A DNA stretch of 64,000 nt from an uncultured Chloroflexia bacterium (GCA_963768655.1 CAVYIM010000004.1:96001-160000), one strand, 5' to 3'; positions 9,136 through 20,874 are shown, counted from the stretch's first letter. A program made the numbers and translations. The notes: generated by a model not told the origin, from the sequence alone.

Positions 9136-10862
9136 TGAGGAGCGCAAGAGTGACCGGAGGGGAGCCGAAAGAGCGGCCCATTCCCGCCACCCAGCACGCG
9201 ATCCAGATCGTCGACGCCGGCCGGACCGTCCACAACCGCGGGAAGGTTGTGCCGCGGCCCGGGCCGTACCAGGTCCTCGTTCGGATGGAGGCGTGCGGGA
9301 TCTGCTTCTCCGACACGAAGCTCCTCCACGCCTTCACGAGCCATCCCCGCAAGAGCGAGGTTCTCTCGGGACTCGACGCAACCGTGCTGGCCGAGATCCC
9401 GTCGTACGTGCCCGGCCGGCTGCCGACGGTCCCCGGCCACGAGCCCGTCGGACGCATCGTCGCCGTCGGCGATCGGGTGCGCCGCCATCGCGTCGGCGAA
9501 CGGTGCCTGATCCAGACCGACTACCGGCACCTTCCGACGGCGGCCGCGAACGCGGCCTTCGGCTACAACTTCGAAGGCGGGCTCCAGGAGTACGTCCTGC
9601 TCGACGAGCGGATGATCGTCGAGCCCGGGACCGATGAGCGGTTCCTCATCTCCGTCGGCGAGGAGCCGAGCGCATCGGCGGTTGCCCTGGTCGAGCCGTG
9701 GGCGTGCGTCGAAGCCTCGTACGTGTTCCGAGAGCGGCGCGGCCCGCTGCCGGGCGGCCGCCTGCTCGTCGTCGCGGACGCGGGCCACGAGATGGATGGA
9801 ATTGCGGCGCTGCTCGATCAGGCCCGGCCGGCGGTTCTGGCTGTGATGGCCGACGCTGCCGGAAGTCGAGCGCTGAACGCGGCCGGCCTCACTGTGACGA
9901 GCGTCCGCGATCTGGCGGCCGCTCCCCGCCAGGCGTTCGACGACGTTGTGTACTTCGGCGCCGATGCCGCCACGATCGAGGCGCTCCAGGACTGCCTCGC
10001 GTTCCGGGGCCTCATGAATGTCGTGACCGGTGGAGTCGCGATCGGCCGGCCGGTCGCGCTCGACGTCGGCCGCGTCCATTACGACCTCACCCGCTGGACG
10101 GGGACGACGGGCGCCTCGTCGACCGAGGGGTACGCGACCATCCCGGTCGACGGCGAGGTCCGCGCCGGGGATCGCATGGCCGTGATCGGGGCCGCCGGTC
10201 CGATGGGTCTCATGCACGTCGTCCGAGCCGCCTCGGCTGGCCTGCCCGGCCTTTCGATCGCCGCCATCGACATCGACGACGCCCGTCTGGCCAACCTCGA
10301 GCGGGCGGCCGGGCCGATCGCCCGATCGCGCGGGGTCGAGCTGACGGCGGTCAACTCCCAGACCGCCGAGGTCAATCCGGGATTCAGCTACGTCGCGCTG
10401 ATGGTGCCGGCGCCGGCGCTCGTGGGCCAGGCGCTCTCGCTCGCGGGCTCGGGCTGCCGGATCAACATCTTCGCCGGCTTCGCGACCGGGACCAGGGCGG
10501 CCATCGACTTCGACCGCTATCTCGAGCGGCGCTGCCACTTCCTCGGCACGAGCGGCTCGGGGATCCGTGACATGAAGGCAGTCCTCCGCAGGGTCGAGGC
10601 CGGCGAGCTCGACACGAACATCTCGCTCGACGCGGTGACCGGCTTCGAAGGAGTCGCCGATGCGCTGGCGGCTGTCGAGGGCCGAACCGCCGCGGGCAAG
10701 ATCATGGTCTATCCGTCTCTGCCGGACCTCGGGCTGGTGCGTCTCTCCGAGCTGGGCGAGCAATTCCCGAGCGTCGCCGCCGCGCTAGACGATGGCCGCT
10801 GGACGAAGGCGGCCGAGCAGGAGCTGCTGGCTCTGGCCGGCCGGTCCGGGGTGTCGTCGTGA
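9135..10862 (+). CDS. Elongated MDR-family reductase, L-sorbose-1-phosphate reductase (SorE)-like
   Basis: CFSDTK, GHE, LVEPWAC, IGAAGPMG, NIFAG, GTSG, KIMVYP and WTKAAEQELL follow the SorE motif order. It is 575 aa and lacks the structural-Zn Cys cluster. Confidence 0.7.
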   Translation: MRSARVTGGEPKERPIPATQHAIQIVDAGRTVHNRGKVVPRPGPYQVLVRMEACGICFSDTKLLHAFTSHPRKSEVLSGLDATVLAEIPSYVPGRLPTVPGHEPVGRIVAVGDRVRRHRVGERCLIQTDYRHLPTAAANAAFGYNFEGGLQEYVLLDERMIVEPGTDERFLISVGEEPSASAVALVEPWACVEASYVFRERRGPLPGGRLLVVADAGHEMDGIAALLDQARPAVLAVMADAAGSRALNAAGLTVTSVRDLAAAPRQAFDDVVYFGADAATIEALQDCLAFRGLMNVVTGGVAIGRPVALDVGRVHYDLTRWTGTTGASSTEGYATIPVDGEVRAGDRMAVIGAAGPMGLMHVVRAASAGLPGLSIAAIDIDDARLANLERAAGPIARSRGVELTAVNSQTAEVNPGFSYVALMVPAPALVGQALSLAGSGCRINIFAGFATGTRAAIDFDRYLERRCHFLGTSGSGIRDMKAVLRRVEAGELDTNISLDAVTGFEGVADALAAVEGRTAAGKIMVYPSLPDLGLVRLSELGEQFPSVAAALDDGRWTKAAEQELLALAGRSGVSS

Positions 10863-11866
10863 AGTCGCTCCGGTTGTTCGGGCCCGGCGATCTGCGTCTC
10901 GTGGACGAGGCCGCGCCGCTACCCGGCCCGGGCGACGAGCTCGTTCGTGTGACCGCGGTCGGCATATGCGGCTCCGATCTCCACTGGTACGCGGAGTCTG
11001 GGATCGGCGACACGAAGCTCTCCCGGCCCACCGTCCTGGGTCACGAGGCCGCCGGCGTGATCGAGTCGGGTCCGCGCGCCGGTCAACGGGTCGCGATCGA
11101 TCCAGCCATTCCGTGCGAGACGTGCGAGCAATGTCGTGCCGGCCACACCCATCTCTGTCTCCGCCTGCGTTTCGCCGGCGACGGCACCACCGACGGCTTC
11201 CTGCGTGAGCTGGTGGCCTGGCCGGAGGCGAGCCTGGTTCCCGTGCCCGACAACCTGAGCGAGGCCGACGCCGCGATGCTCGAGCCGCTCGGCGTGGCGC
11301 TCCATGCGGTCAGGCTGGCCCAGATCCGGCCCGGGGAGCGGGTCGGCGTGTTCGGCTGCGGCCCGATCGGGCAATTCCTGATCCAGCTCGCCCGCGCATC
11401 CGGAGCCACGACGATCGTCGCCACGGACGTGCTGCCGCATCGCCTGGCGGCCGCCCGCGCGTCCGGCGCGACCGCCGCGGCTCTCGTGGCCGGCGGCTCG
11501 GAGCGTGTGGAGCTCCGCGCGGCGACCGGCGGGCACGGGGTGGACGTCGCCTTCGAGGCTGCCGGCGTAGACGATTCGGTCGAGACCTCCGTCGCCCTCG
11601 CGGCGCCGGGCGGCACGGTCGTCGTCGTCGGCATTCCCTCCGGAGATCACACCACCTTCACGGCCTCCACGGCTCGCCGCAAGGGTCTCACCATCAAGCT
11701 GTCGCGCCGCATGAACCGGGTCTACCCGGAGGCCATCCGTCTCGTCGAGGCAGGGCTGGTCGACGTTCGATCGGTCGTGACCGCGAGTCACCCTTTAGGC
11801 GAGTACAGGACCGCGTTCGCGGGCGCCGCCGGGCGGGACGGCTTGAAGGTCGTCATCCGGCCGTAG
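10859..11866 (+). CDS. Zn-dependent polyol (sorbitol/L-iditol-type) dehydrogenase
   Basis: GICGSDLH, GHE, CxxCxxCx7C structural Zn site, EPLGV and GCGPIG. The GTG start overlaps the upstream stop. Confidence 0.88.
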   Translation: MKSLRLFGPGDLRLVDEAAPLPGPGDELVRVTAVGICGSDLHWYAESGIGDTKLSRPTVLGHEAAGVIESGPRAGQRVAIDPAIPCETCEQCRAGHTHLCLRLRFAGDGTTDGFLRELVAWPEASLVPVPDNLSEADAAMLEPLGVALHAVRLAQIRPGERVGVFGCGPIGQFLIQLARASGATTIVATDVLPHRLAAARASGATAAALVAGGSERVELRAATGGHGVDVAFEAAGVDDSVETSVALAAPGGTVVVVGIPSGDHTTFTASTARRKGLTIKLSRRMNRVYPEAIRLVEAGLVDVRSVVTASHPLGEYRTAFAGAAGRDGLKVVIRP

Positions 11867-11911
11867 AGCGCCTCTTCGCGCCGCCTTCGGGCACCAAGTT
11901 CCGGATCGGGT

Positions 11912-13659
<1,748 letters not shown>

Positions 13660-13851
13660 CCGCCGCGACCGTCGTCTGCGCGAACGTTTCGGCCTCGACG
13701 TGCGTCCTTATGAGTGGAGAACGACCGTATCGCACGCGGAGCGCATGAGGTCGACCGGCTCGGGGGCGCGAGAGCCGGTTGAGGCGGCGACCTCACCGCT
13801 GCTCGCCCCAACCTCGATCGAGCCACGGCGTCTCCGCCCGGCGGCTGGCCC

Positions 13852-13900
13852 CGCGCCCATCGGCGGCGCGCCTCGCGCCCATCGGCGGCGCGCTTCGCGC
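13852..13900. repeat. Short tandem duplication (about 22 bp unit)
   Basis: CGCGCCCATCGGCGGCGCGC occurs twice, followed by a partial third copy. Confidence 0.6.
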
Positions 13901-14025
13901 ATCCTCCCGCACCGCCTGGACCTCCCCGCCGCGGTGATACGATCCCTGCTGCGTCGACCTTGCGCGAGGGCTCCGCGTCGGCCGGGATCCCGCAGGTCAG
14001 CCGACTTGACACTGGGAGCTGCTCG

Positions 14026-14949
14026 ATGACCTCGGCCGGTGCCTCCGGGACAGGAGCCGTCGGCGCTCATGGCCGCCTGGACTCCATTCCCCCGGAACTC
14101 TTGATCCTGACGGGGACCCTGTCCGTTCAGTGCGGTGGCGGACTCGCTTCGAACCTGATCCGTGAATACGGGCCCCTGCCCGTGGTCACGATGCGGATCC
14201 TGTTCGGCGCCGTAATGCTCGTCGCCTTCCAGCGGGCCCATGTGCGCGGCACGCCACGCTCTGCGCTGCTGAGTTGCCTGGCGCTCGGGCTCATCCTCGC
14301 GGCGATGAACTCACTCTTCTACGTCGGCCTGTCGAGGATCCCGCTCGGAGTTGCCGTCACCATCGAGTTCTGGGGCCCGCTGACCGTCGCCGTCATCGGC
14401 TCGCGCCGATGGCTCGACCTCGTCTGGGTCGCGATGGCGGCGGCGGGCATATACATCCTCGCCGGCGGTCGTCTGGAGGCGGACGATCTGGTTGGCGTGG
14501 TCGCCGTATTCGGAGCCGGCTTCTGCTGGGCGATGTACATCGGAATCGGCGGCCGTGTGGCCCGGGAATGGCCCGACGGCCGCGGCCTGACCCTAGCGAT
14601 GCTCGTGGCCTCGGCGTTGATCCTGCCGGTGGCTGTGGGTCTCTCTGATCTCCGGCCGGTGCTGGTGGCGCCCCTGGCTCTCGCCGGCGGCGTGGTCATC
14701 GCTCTGTTCAGCAGCGTGATCCCGTACACGGCCGAGATTGCCGCGCTGCGGCGCCTTCCCGCGGCGACTTTCGGCGTGCTCATGAGCCTGGAGCCCGCGA
14801 TCGCGGCTGCGGTCGGCTTCATCCTGCTCGGGCAGGTTCTGGCTCCGCCGGACCTGCTGGCGATCGCGCTGGTGGCGCTGGCGAGCGCCGGCGCCAGCGT
14901 CTCGGCCCGGCGCCTGGCCACCGCGCCGGGCGAGCTCGAGTCGGCGTAG
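14026..14949 (+). CDS. EamA/DMT-family exporter (RhtA-like)
   Basis: About 10 TM segments, with RIPLGVAVTIEFWGPL, SSVIPY and FGVLMSLEPAIAA. Confidence 0.9.
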   Translation: MTSAGASGTGAVGAHGRLDSIPPELLILTGTLSVQCGGGLASNLIREYGPLPVVTMRILFGAVMLVAFQRAHVRGTPRSALLSCLALGLILAAMNSLFYVGLSRIPLGVAVTIEFWGPLTVAVIGSRRWLDLVWVAMAAAGIYILAGGRLEADDLVGVVAVFGAGFCWAMYIGIGGRVAREWPDGRGLTLAMLVASALILPVAVGLSDLRPVLVAPLALAGGVVIALFSSVIPYTAEIAALRRLPAATFGVLMSLEPAIAAAVGFILLGQVLAPPDLLAIALVALASAGASVSARRLATAPGELESA

Positions 14950-15207
14950 AGCTCAGACGAGGGCGAGGAAGCCCTCGCCGGGGCCCTGGCTCCATGCCGG
15001 GGCACCAATGCCGCGTCCAACACTCTCACCAGGCGTAGGTGACGGATCTGGACGGGTTCGGGACTCGGCTGATTGGGAGCGACGGTTGCGGCGGCAGAGG
15101 CAGCCGACGGACTCAGCGGCCGCCGCGCGGCCGGGTATCCCGGGACGAGCGAGCGCACAGAGGCGAGCTCTCGGCCGCTGACAGATCCCCCTGCGCCGCG
15201 GCCCGTT

Positions 15208-16962
15208 CTACCGCCGGTAGGTCGCGCGAGGCCGGTAGCTGGTGTGGAGCAGTTCCTCGGACTTCTCGCCGAGCGGCTCGCCCAGGAAGTCCTCGTACAG
15301 TTTCTGGATGTACGGGTTCTCGTGGGCGCAGCGCCACAGGCCGGACTGGTCGTCCTGGTAGAGCCCCGCGGCCCGCTTGGCCCGCAGGTTGTCCGTGACG
15401 CCGTACGGCTGGCCGCCGCCGCCGACGCAGCCGCCGGGGCAGGCCATGACTTCGATGAAGTGATAGGGCGGCTCGGTGCCAGCGTCGCGCGCCTGGCGCA
15501 CCTTCGTCAGCACAGTCTCGACGTTGCCCAGGCCGTGGGCTACGGCGAACCGCACCTCTTGCCCCGCAATGTCGACCTTGCCCTCCTTGACACCGTCCAG
15601 GCCGCGCGTCTTGAGGAACTCGAGGCGGGCCGGGTTCTCGCCGGTCATCAGGTAGTAGGAGGTCCGCAGTGCGGCTTCCATCACGCCGCCCGTCGCGCCG
15701 AAGATCGTCCCGGCGCCCGTGTAGGCACCCAGCAGATGATCGGGCTGCTCCTCGGCGAGGGCGCGGAAGTTGATGCCCGACTGTTTGATCATGCGAGCCA
15801 GCTCGCGGGTGGTCAGCGAGACGTCGACGTCCCAGAACCCCGACGAATGCATCTCCTTGGATCGAATGATCTCGAACTTCTTGGCCGTGCAGGGCATGAC
15901 CGAGACGACGTACACCCTGGCGGGGTCGAGCCCCATCTTCTCCGCGTAGTAGGTCTTCGCCAGGGCGCCGACCATCGCCTGCGGGGACTTGCAGGACGAG
16001 AAGTGGGGGATCATGTCGTCGTGGAACTTCTCCATGAAGTCCACCCACGACGGGCAGCACGTCGTGATCAGCGGCAGGACGGCTTTCGCGGTGGTGAAGC
16101 GCCCGACGAACTCGTGGGCCTCTTCCATGACCGTCAGGTCGGCCCCGAAGTTCGTGTCGAAGACGGCCTTGAAGCCCATCCGCCGGAGGGCGGCGTAGGT
16201 CTTGCCGGTGAGGTTCGTCCCGACCGGGAAGCCGAAGGCCTCGCCGATGGCGACTCGGACGGCCGGCGCCAGCTGTGCGACGCAGAAGGCGTCCGGGTCC
16301 AGGAGCTTGTCCCACACGTCCTGGGTCTCGTCGTACTCGACGATGGCGCCGGTCGGGCAGTGGGCCGAGCACTGGCCGCAGCGGACGCACGGTGAGTCGG
16401 CCAGGCTGATGTCGCCGGCGGCGGCGATGCGGGTGTCGATGCCGCGCTGGAGGAAGCTGAGCGCCCACACGTCCTGGATCTGCTGGCAGACCTGGATGCA
16501 GCGGCCGCAGGTTATGCACTTGCGCGGGTCCAGAGTGATGGCGCGGGTCGAGTTGTCGATCGGCAGGTCGGGAACGATGCTGTCCAGGCAGATCTCGCGC
16601 AGGCCGAAGTCGGCGGCGATCGTCTGCAGCTCGCAGTTCTGGTTCCGGCCGCAGGTCAGGCACTCGTTGGGGTGGCGCGACAGGATCATCTCCACTACGG
16701 TGCGGCGGACCTGGATGATCTCCGGGTCTTCCGTGGTGATCTCCATGTCCGGCTCGACCGGCGTGCAGCAGGCGCGCAGCATCTTGTTCGAGCCGGCGAC
16801 GCGGACGATGCAGATGCCGCAGGCGGCCGTGGCCTCGAGGTCGGGGTGCTTGCACAGGGTCGGGATGTGGACGGAAACCTGGCGCGCCGCGTCGAGGATG
16901 GTGGCGCCCGGTGCGACCTCGACCGGCAGGTTGTTGATCGTGGCTTGGATCATCTCGGTCAC
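15208..16962 (-). CDS. hydA: [FeFe]-hydrogenase catalytic subunit (group A, multi-FeS)
   Basis: H-cluster motifs TTCCPSW, MPCTAKKFE and EVMACPGGCVGGGGQP. N-terminal [2Fe-2S], HxxxCxxCx5C and two CxxCxxCxxxC clusters. Start is GTG 16962 or ATG 16953. Confidence 0.96.
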   Translation of the reverse strand: MTEMIQATINNLPVEVAPGATILDAARQVSVHIPTLCKHPDLEATAACGICIVRVAGSNKMLRACCTPVEPDMEITTEDPEIIQVRRTVVEMILSRHPNECLTCGRNQNCELQTIAADFGLREICLDSIVPDLPIDNSTRAITLDPRKCITCGRCIQVCQQIQDVWALSFLQRGIDTRIAAAGDISLADSPCVRCGQCSAHCPTGAIVEYDETQDVWDKLLDPDAFCVAQLAPAVRVAIGEAFGFPVGTNLTGKTYAALRRMGFKAVFDTNFGADLTVMEEAHEFVGRFTTAKAVLPLITTCCPSWVDFMEKFHDDMIPHFSSCKSPQAMVGALAKTYYAEKMGLDPARVYVVSVMPCTAKKFEIIRSKEMHSSGFWDVDVSLTTRELARMIKQSGINFRALAEEQPDHLLGAYTGAGTIFGATGGVMEAALRTSYYLMTGENPARLEFLKTRGLDGVKEGKVDIAGQEVRFAVAHGLGNVETVLTKVRQARDAGTEPPYHFIEVMACPGGCVGGGGQPYGVTDNLRAKRAAGLYQDDQSGLWRCAHENPYIQKLYEDFLGEPLGEKSEELLHTSYRPRATYRR

Positions 16963-16976
16963 GGCTGGCACCCGGC

Positions 16977-18629
16977 TCAGTTGCTGCCCGAGGTCAGCCG
17001 ACCCCGGAATTCGGGTTCGAAGTAGCGCAAGGCTGAAAGGACCGGGTTGGGAGCACCCTGCCCGAGCCCGCACAGCGAGGCCTTCTGCATGGCGTGGGCC
17101 AGCCGCCGGATCGTGGCGATGTCCCCCTCGCTGCCCTTGCCGGCCGCGATCCTGTCGAGCAACCGCAGCATCTGCGTGCCGCCGATGCGGCATGGGGCGC
17201 ACTTGCCGCACGACTCATCGACGCAGAAGCCCAGGTAGAACCGGGACAGCTCGACGAGATCGTCCGTCTCGTCCATCACGATCATGCCGCCGGAGCCCAT
17301 GTACGAGCCGAGCTTCTGGAGGTGCTCGTAGGTGATCGGCGTGTCCAGCTCTCTGGCGGGGATGAGCCCGCCCGATGGTCCGCCCGTCTGCACCGCCTTG
17401 ATGGGGCTGCCCGTAGCCGAGCCGCCGCAGATACCCTCCACGACTTCTCGAAGGGTCATGCCCATCGGAATCTCGACCAGGCCGGCGTGCTTGACCTTGC
17501 CCGTCACCGCGAACACCTTCGTCCCGGTGGACTTGCCCATGCCAATTCCGGAGAACCACTCACCACCGCGAAGGATGATCTGGGTCAGGTTGGCCAGGGA
17601 CTCGACGTTGTTGATCATCGTCGGCTGGCCCCACAGGCCCTTGACCGACGGGTAGGGCGGGCGAGGCGACGGAGTGCCGCGCTTGCCCTCCACGGATGCG
17701 ATCAAGGCCGTCTCCTCGCCGCACACGAAGGCTCCGGCGCCGAGTCTGATCTCGACGTTGAAGCTGAAGTCTGTGCCGAGGATGTTGTTGCCCAGCAGGC
17801 CGGCGGCGCGAGCCTGACGAAGCGCCCTCTCGATGCGCTGGATGGCCAGCGGGTACTCGGCCCGGATGTAGAAGAAGCCACTCTTGGCTCCGATCACGTA
17901 GCCGCCGATGATCATCCCCTCGAGGACTGCGTGAGGGTCGCCCTCGAGAACGCTGCGGTCCATGTACGCGCCCGGGTCGCCCTCATCGCCGTTGCAGACG
18001 ATGAGGTGCTCCTCGCCCTCCGACTCGCGGGTCAGGCTCCACTTCAGCCAGGCTGGGAAGCCGGCCCCGCCGCGTCCGCGCAGGCCGGCGACCTTCAGCT
18101 CCTCGATGACCTGCTCGGGCGTCATCGTCGAGAGGACCTTGGCCAGGGCCTGGTAGCCGCCTCGATCGAGGTACTCGTCGATCTCCTCCGGATCGATCAC
18201 GCCGCAGTTGCGCATGACGATGCGGTACTGTCGCGGCCCGCCTTCGGTGGCCACCGGCTCGCCGGCGATGCGAGCCAGGTCGGCGATGCCGGGGACCCGA
18301 TTCTCCGCCGGCAGTGGCTTGCCTTCGGCGCAGGCCGCCGCGAGCCGGCCGGCGAATTCGGGCGACACGTCGCCGAACATCACGGGGGCCTGGCCCGGCA
18401 GCGTGACCTCGACGAGCGGCTCCATGCTGCACATCCCGGCGCAGCCGGTGCGGGCGACTTGCCACTCGACCGATCTACGTTTGAGCTCGGCCTCGAGGGC
18501 GGCGAAGATAGGTTCGGCGCCGGCGGCAATACCGCACGTGCTCATCCCGACCTTGATCTTCGGATGGCTCAGAGTTCGGGCGTCGGCGGGCGCGCGGGCT
18601 TCCAGATCGGCGACGGTCAGGCGTGGCAT
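16977..18629 (-). CDS. hydB: NuoF-like flavin/NAD(H)-binding hydrogenase subunit, without the C-terminal 2x[4Fe-4S] domain
   Basis: GLRGRGGAGF, NGDEGDPGAYMDR, GAGAFVCGEETAL, GGPSGG and ESCGKCAPCR...CGLG. N-terminal thioredoxin-like domain with Cys (TC...GCAGMC). Confidence 0.93.
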   Translation of the reverse strand: MPRLTVADLEARAPADARTLSHPKIKVGMSTCGIAAGAEPIFAALEAELKRRSVEWQVARTGCAGMCSMEPLVEVTLPGQAPVMFGDVSPEFAGRLAAACAEGKPLPAENRVPGIADLARIAGEPVATEGGPRQYRIVMRNCGVIDPEEIDEYLDRGGYQALAKVLSTMTPEQVIEELKVAGLRGRGGAGFPAWLKWSLTRESEGEEHLIVCNGDEGDPGAYMDRSVLEGDPHAVLEGMIIGGYVIGAKSGFFYIRAEYPLAIQRIERALRQARAAGLLGNNILGTDFSFNVEIRLGAGAFVCGEETALIASVEGKRGTPSPRPPYPSVKGLWGQPTMINNVESLANLTQIILRGGEWFSGIGMGKSTGTKVFAVTGKVKHAGLVEIPMGMTLREVVEGICGGSATGSPIKAVQTGGPSGGLIPARELDTPITYEHLQKLGSYMGSGGMIVMDETDDLVELSRFYLGFCVDESCGKCAPCRIGGTQMLRLLDRIAAGKGSEGDIATIRRLAHAMQKASLCGLGQGAPNPVLSALRYFEPEFRGRLTSGSN

Positions 18630-18630
18630 G

Positions 18631-19185
18631 TCACGCTTTCCCGTCTTCGGCCGTGGTGGGCGTCAGCAGGTGAGCCTCGAGGGACTCGCCCGTCACCTTG
18701 GCAAGCAGCTTCTCGTTCACCGTCACGACCGGCGCCAGGCCGCAGCACCCCACGCACCGGACGATCTGCAGGTGGAACTCGCCGTCGGCGGTGGTCTCTC
18801 CGGGTTTGATGCCCAGCTCCTCCGAGGCCCTGGCGAGAAGCTGGGGCGCGCCCTTGAGGTAGCAGGCCGTGCCCATGCACACCGAGACGACGTGCTTGCC
18901 GGGCGACTTCAGCCGGAAGTAGTTGTAGAAGGTCAGGACCTCGTAGATGCGCGCCAGCGGCACGTCCATCTGTTCGCCGAGGCTCATCGCGGCTTCGCGC
19001 GGCACGTAACCGTACCTGTCCTGGAGCCCGTGAAGGGCCATGATCAGGCTGCCGCGCTTGTTCTTCCAGCGTTTGGCGATTGCCGCAACGTCGTCTTCGG
19101 TCTTGGTTGGGCTCAAGTCGGTCTCCGCCTTGGTGCTCGTGGAGCAGTCTCGTTCGGTGCGCGCGGCAGCGGGGGTGTTGTCCAC
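18631..19185 (-). CDS. hydC: NuoE-like [2Fe-2S] hydrogenase subunit
   Basis: LQDRYGYVP, VLTFYNYF and CMGTAC...CVGCCGLAP. The real gene is the 3' third of the 565-aa track ORF; the rest is antisense to rho. GTG start inferred. Confidence 0.9.
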   Translation of the reverse strand: MDNTPAAARTERDCSTSTKAETDLSPTKTEDDVAAIAKRWKNKRGSLIMALHGLQDRYGYVPREAAMSLGEQMDVPLARIYEVLTFYNYFRLKSPGKHVVSVCMGTACYLKGAPQLLARASEELGIKPGETTADGEFHLQIVRCVGCCGLAPVVTVNEKLLAKVTGESLEAHLLTPTTAEDGKA

Positions 19186-19394
19186 GACGCTACGCCCTGG
19201 GCGCAAGCGCCGCTCAGGGCCGTTGTTCGTGTTGTCGCCGGGCCGGGTCGGTCGCAACGGCACCCCCAGACCTTGCGAGAGGGTGCCGGATGACGGTCCG
19301 AAGGCTCGGGCCCAGTCCGAAGCCGCCACGAGGCCCACACGAATCCACAACGCGCTCGCAACGCGCACGGAGCGACAGCCCGGAACGAAGCCGA

Positions 19395-19423
19395 TTGACG
19401 CCATTCGCCGGGCCGGGTATTCT
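19395..19423 (+). promoter_or_regulatory. sigma70-type promoter upstream of rho
   Basis: TTGACG-17 bp-TATTCT. Confidence 0.55.
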
Positions 19424-19509
19424 GCGCGTCGCCCCGACCGTGCACCCGCTGCGGAATGATTCCGCGCGAACAGCTTGCACGGCACCTTCCCCAAATGAGC
19501 TTTGCACTC

Positions 19510-20874
19510 ATGCCTGTCAACGGTCCCGACCAACGCTCCCGCAATCGCCGACCCAGGCGCCGTCCTGCCGGCCGGACGCCTATGGGTGACTACGACGACT
19601 ACCAGGAAAGCGATACTCGCGAGCTCGATATAACCGAACTCAGCGAGATGAACGTCAACGAGCTCCAGAACATCGGCCACGATCTCGAGATGGATGCCGG
19701 GGCCGGCGGCAAGGAAGAGCTCGTCGACCGCATCCTGGTCCGGCAGAGCGAGCTGGCCGGCCACGCCTATGCGACCGGGATTCTCGACGTCGTCGACGAG
19801 GGCTTCGGCTTCATGCGCCGCCACGGCTTGATGCCGAGCCAGGACGACGTCTACGTCTCGTCCAGCCAGATCCGCCGCTTCGGGCTGCGAGTCGGAGACC
19901 GCATCAGCGGCTCCGTCCGCGCCCCTCGCGAGGGTGAGAAGTACTGGGGCATGATCCGAGTCGACCGCGTAAATGGCATCGATCCCGAGACGGCCAAGCG
20001 CCGACCCCAATTCGCGGATCTGACGCCGGTTCACCCCGACGTCCTGATCAACCTCGAAACCGATCCCAAGAACCTGAGCCAGCGCCTGATCAACCTGGTC
20101 AACCCCATCGGCAAGGGCCAGCGCGCGCTCATCGTCAGCCCGCCCAAGGCCGGCAAGACGATGCTGCTTAAGCACATCGCCAACGGCATCAGCACGAACT
20201 ACCCGGACATCCTCCTGATGGTCGCGCTCATCGGCGAGCGGCCGGAGGAAGTCACCGACATGCGCCGCTCGGTCAAGGGCGAGGTCATCAGCTCGACGTT
20301 CGACGAGCCGACCGAGAACCACACCCACGTCGCCGAGATGGCCCTGGAGATCGCCAAGCGGCAGGTGGAAACCGGCCGCGACGTCGTCATCCTGCTCGAC
20401 TCGATCACCCGCCTCGCGCGCGCATACAACCTGGCCCTGCCGCCGTCCGGTCGAACGCTTTCGGGCGGCCTCGATCCGATCGCCCTCTATCCGCCCAAGC
20501 GTTTCTTCGGCGCCGCCCGGAACATCGAGGAGGGCGGCTCGCTGACGATCATCGGCACGTGCCTGGTCGACACCGGCTCGCGCATGGACGACGTCATCTA
20601 CGAGGAGTTCAAGGGCACCGGCAACAGCGAGCTGATCCTCGATCGCAAGCTGGCCGAGAAGCGCATCTTCCCGGCGATCGACGTCCAGCGCTCCGGCACC
20701 CGCCGCGAGGAGCTGCTCCTCGAGGAGCCGGTTCTCAAGATGGTCTGGACGATGCGCCGAATGCTCTCCGCCGTCGGTACCAACGAGGGCATCGAGCTCC
20801 TGCTCAATCGTTTGTCCAAGACGGACAGCAACGTCTCGTTCCTGGCGACCCTGACCAAGAGTCTCGACGCCTGA
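19510..20874 (+). CDS. rho: Transcription termination factor Rho
   Basis: [48 protein letters not shown] and SGTRREELL. Start is 19510 or 19582. Confidence 0.98.
   Translation: MPVNGPDQRSRNRRPRRRPAGRTPMGDYDDYQESDTRELDITELSEMNVNELQNIGHDLEMDAGAGGKEELVDRILVRQSELAGHAYATGILDVVDEGFGFMRRHGLMPSQDDVYVSSSQIRRFGLRVGDRISGSVRAPREGEKYWGMIRVDRVNGIDPETAKRRPQFADLTPVHPDVLINLETDPKNLSQRLINLVNPIGKGQRALIVSPPKAGKTMLLKHIANGISTNYPDILLMVALIGERPEEVTDMRRSVKGEVISSTFDEPTENHTHVAEMALEIAKRQVETGRDVVILLDSITRLARAYNLALPPSGRTLSGGLDPIALYPPKRFFGAARNIEEGGSLTIIGTCLVDTGSRMDDVIYEEFKGTGNSELILDRKLAEKRIFPAIDVQRSGTRREELLLEEPVLKMVWTMRRMLSAVGTNEGIELLLNRLSKTDSNVSFLATLTKSLDA

Noticed and set aside
16962-17211. N-terminal extension of HydA as the missing HydB ferredoxin domain
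   Set aside because: It overlaps hydB in another frame and contains no CxxCxxCxxxC motif.
18631-20328. 565-aa NuoE with a long N-terminal domain
   Set aside because: The extension is the antisense of rho plus intergenic DNA; NuoE homology is confined to the last about 185 codons.
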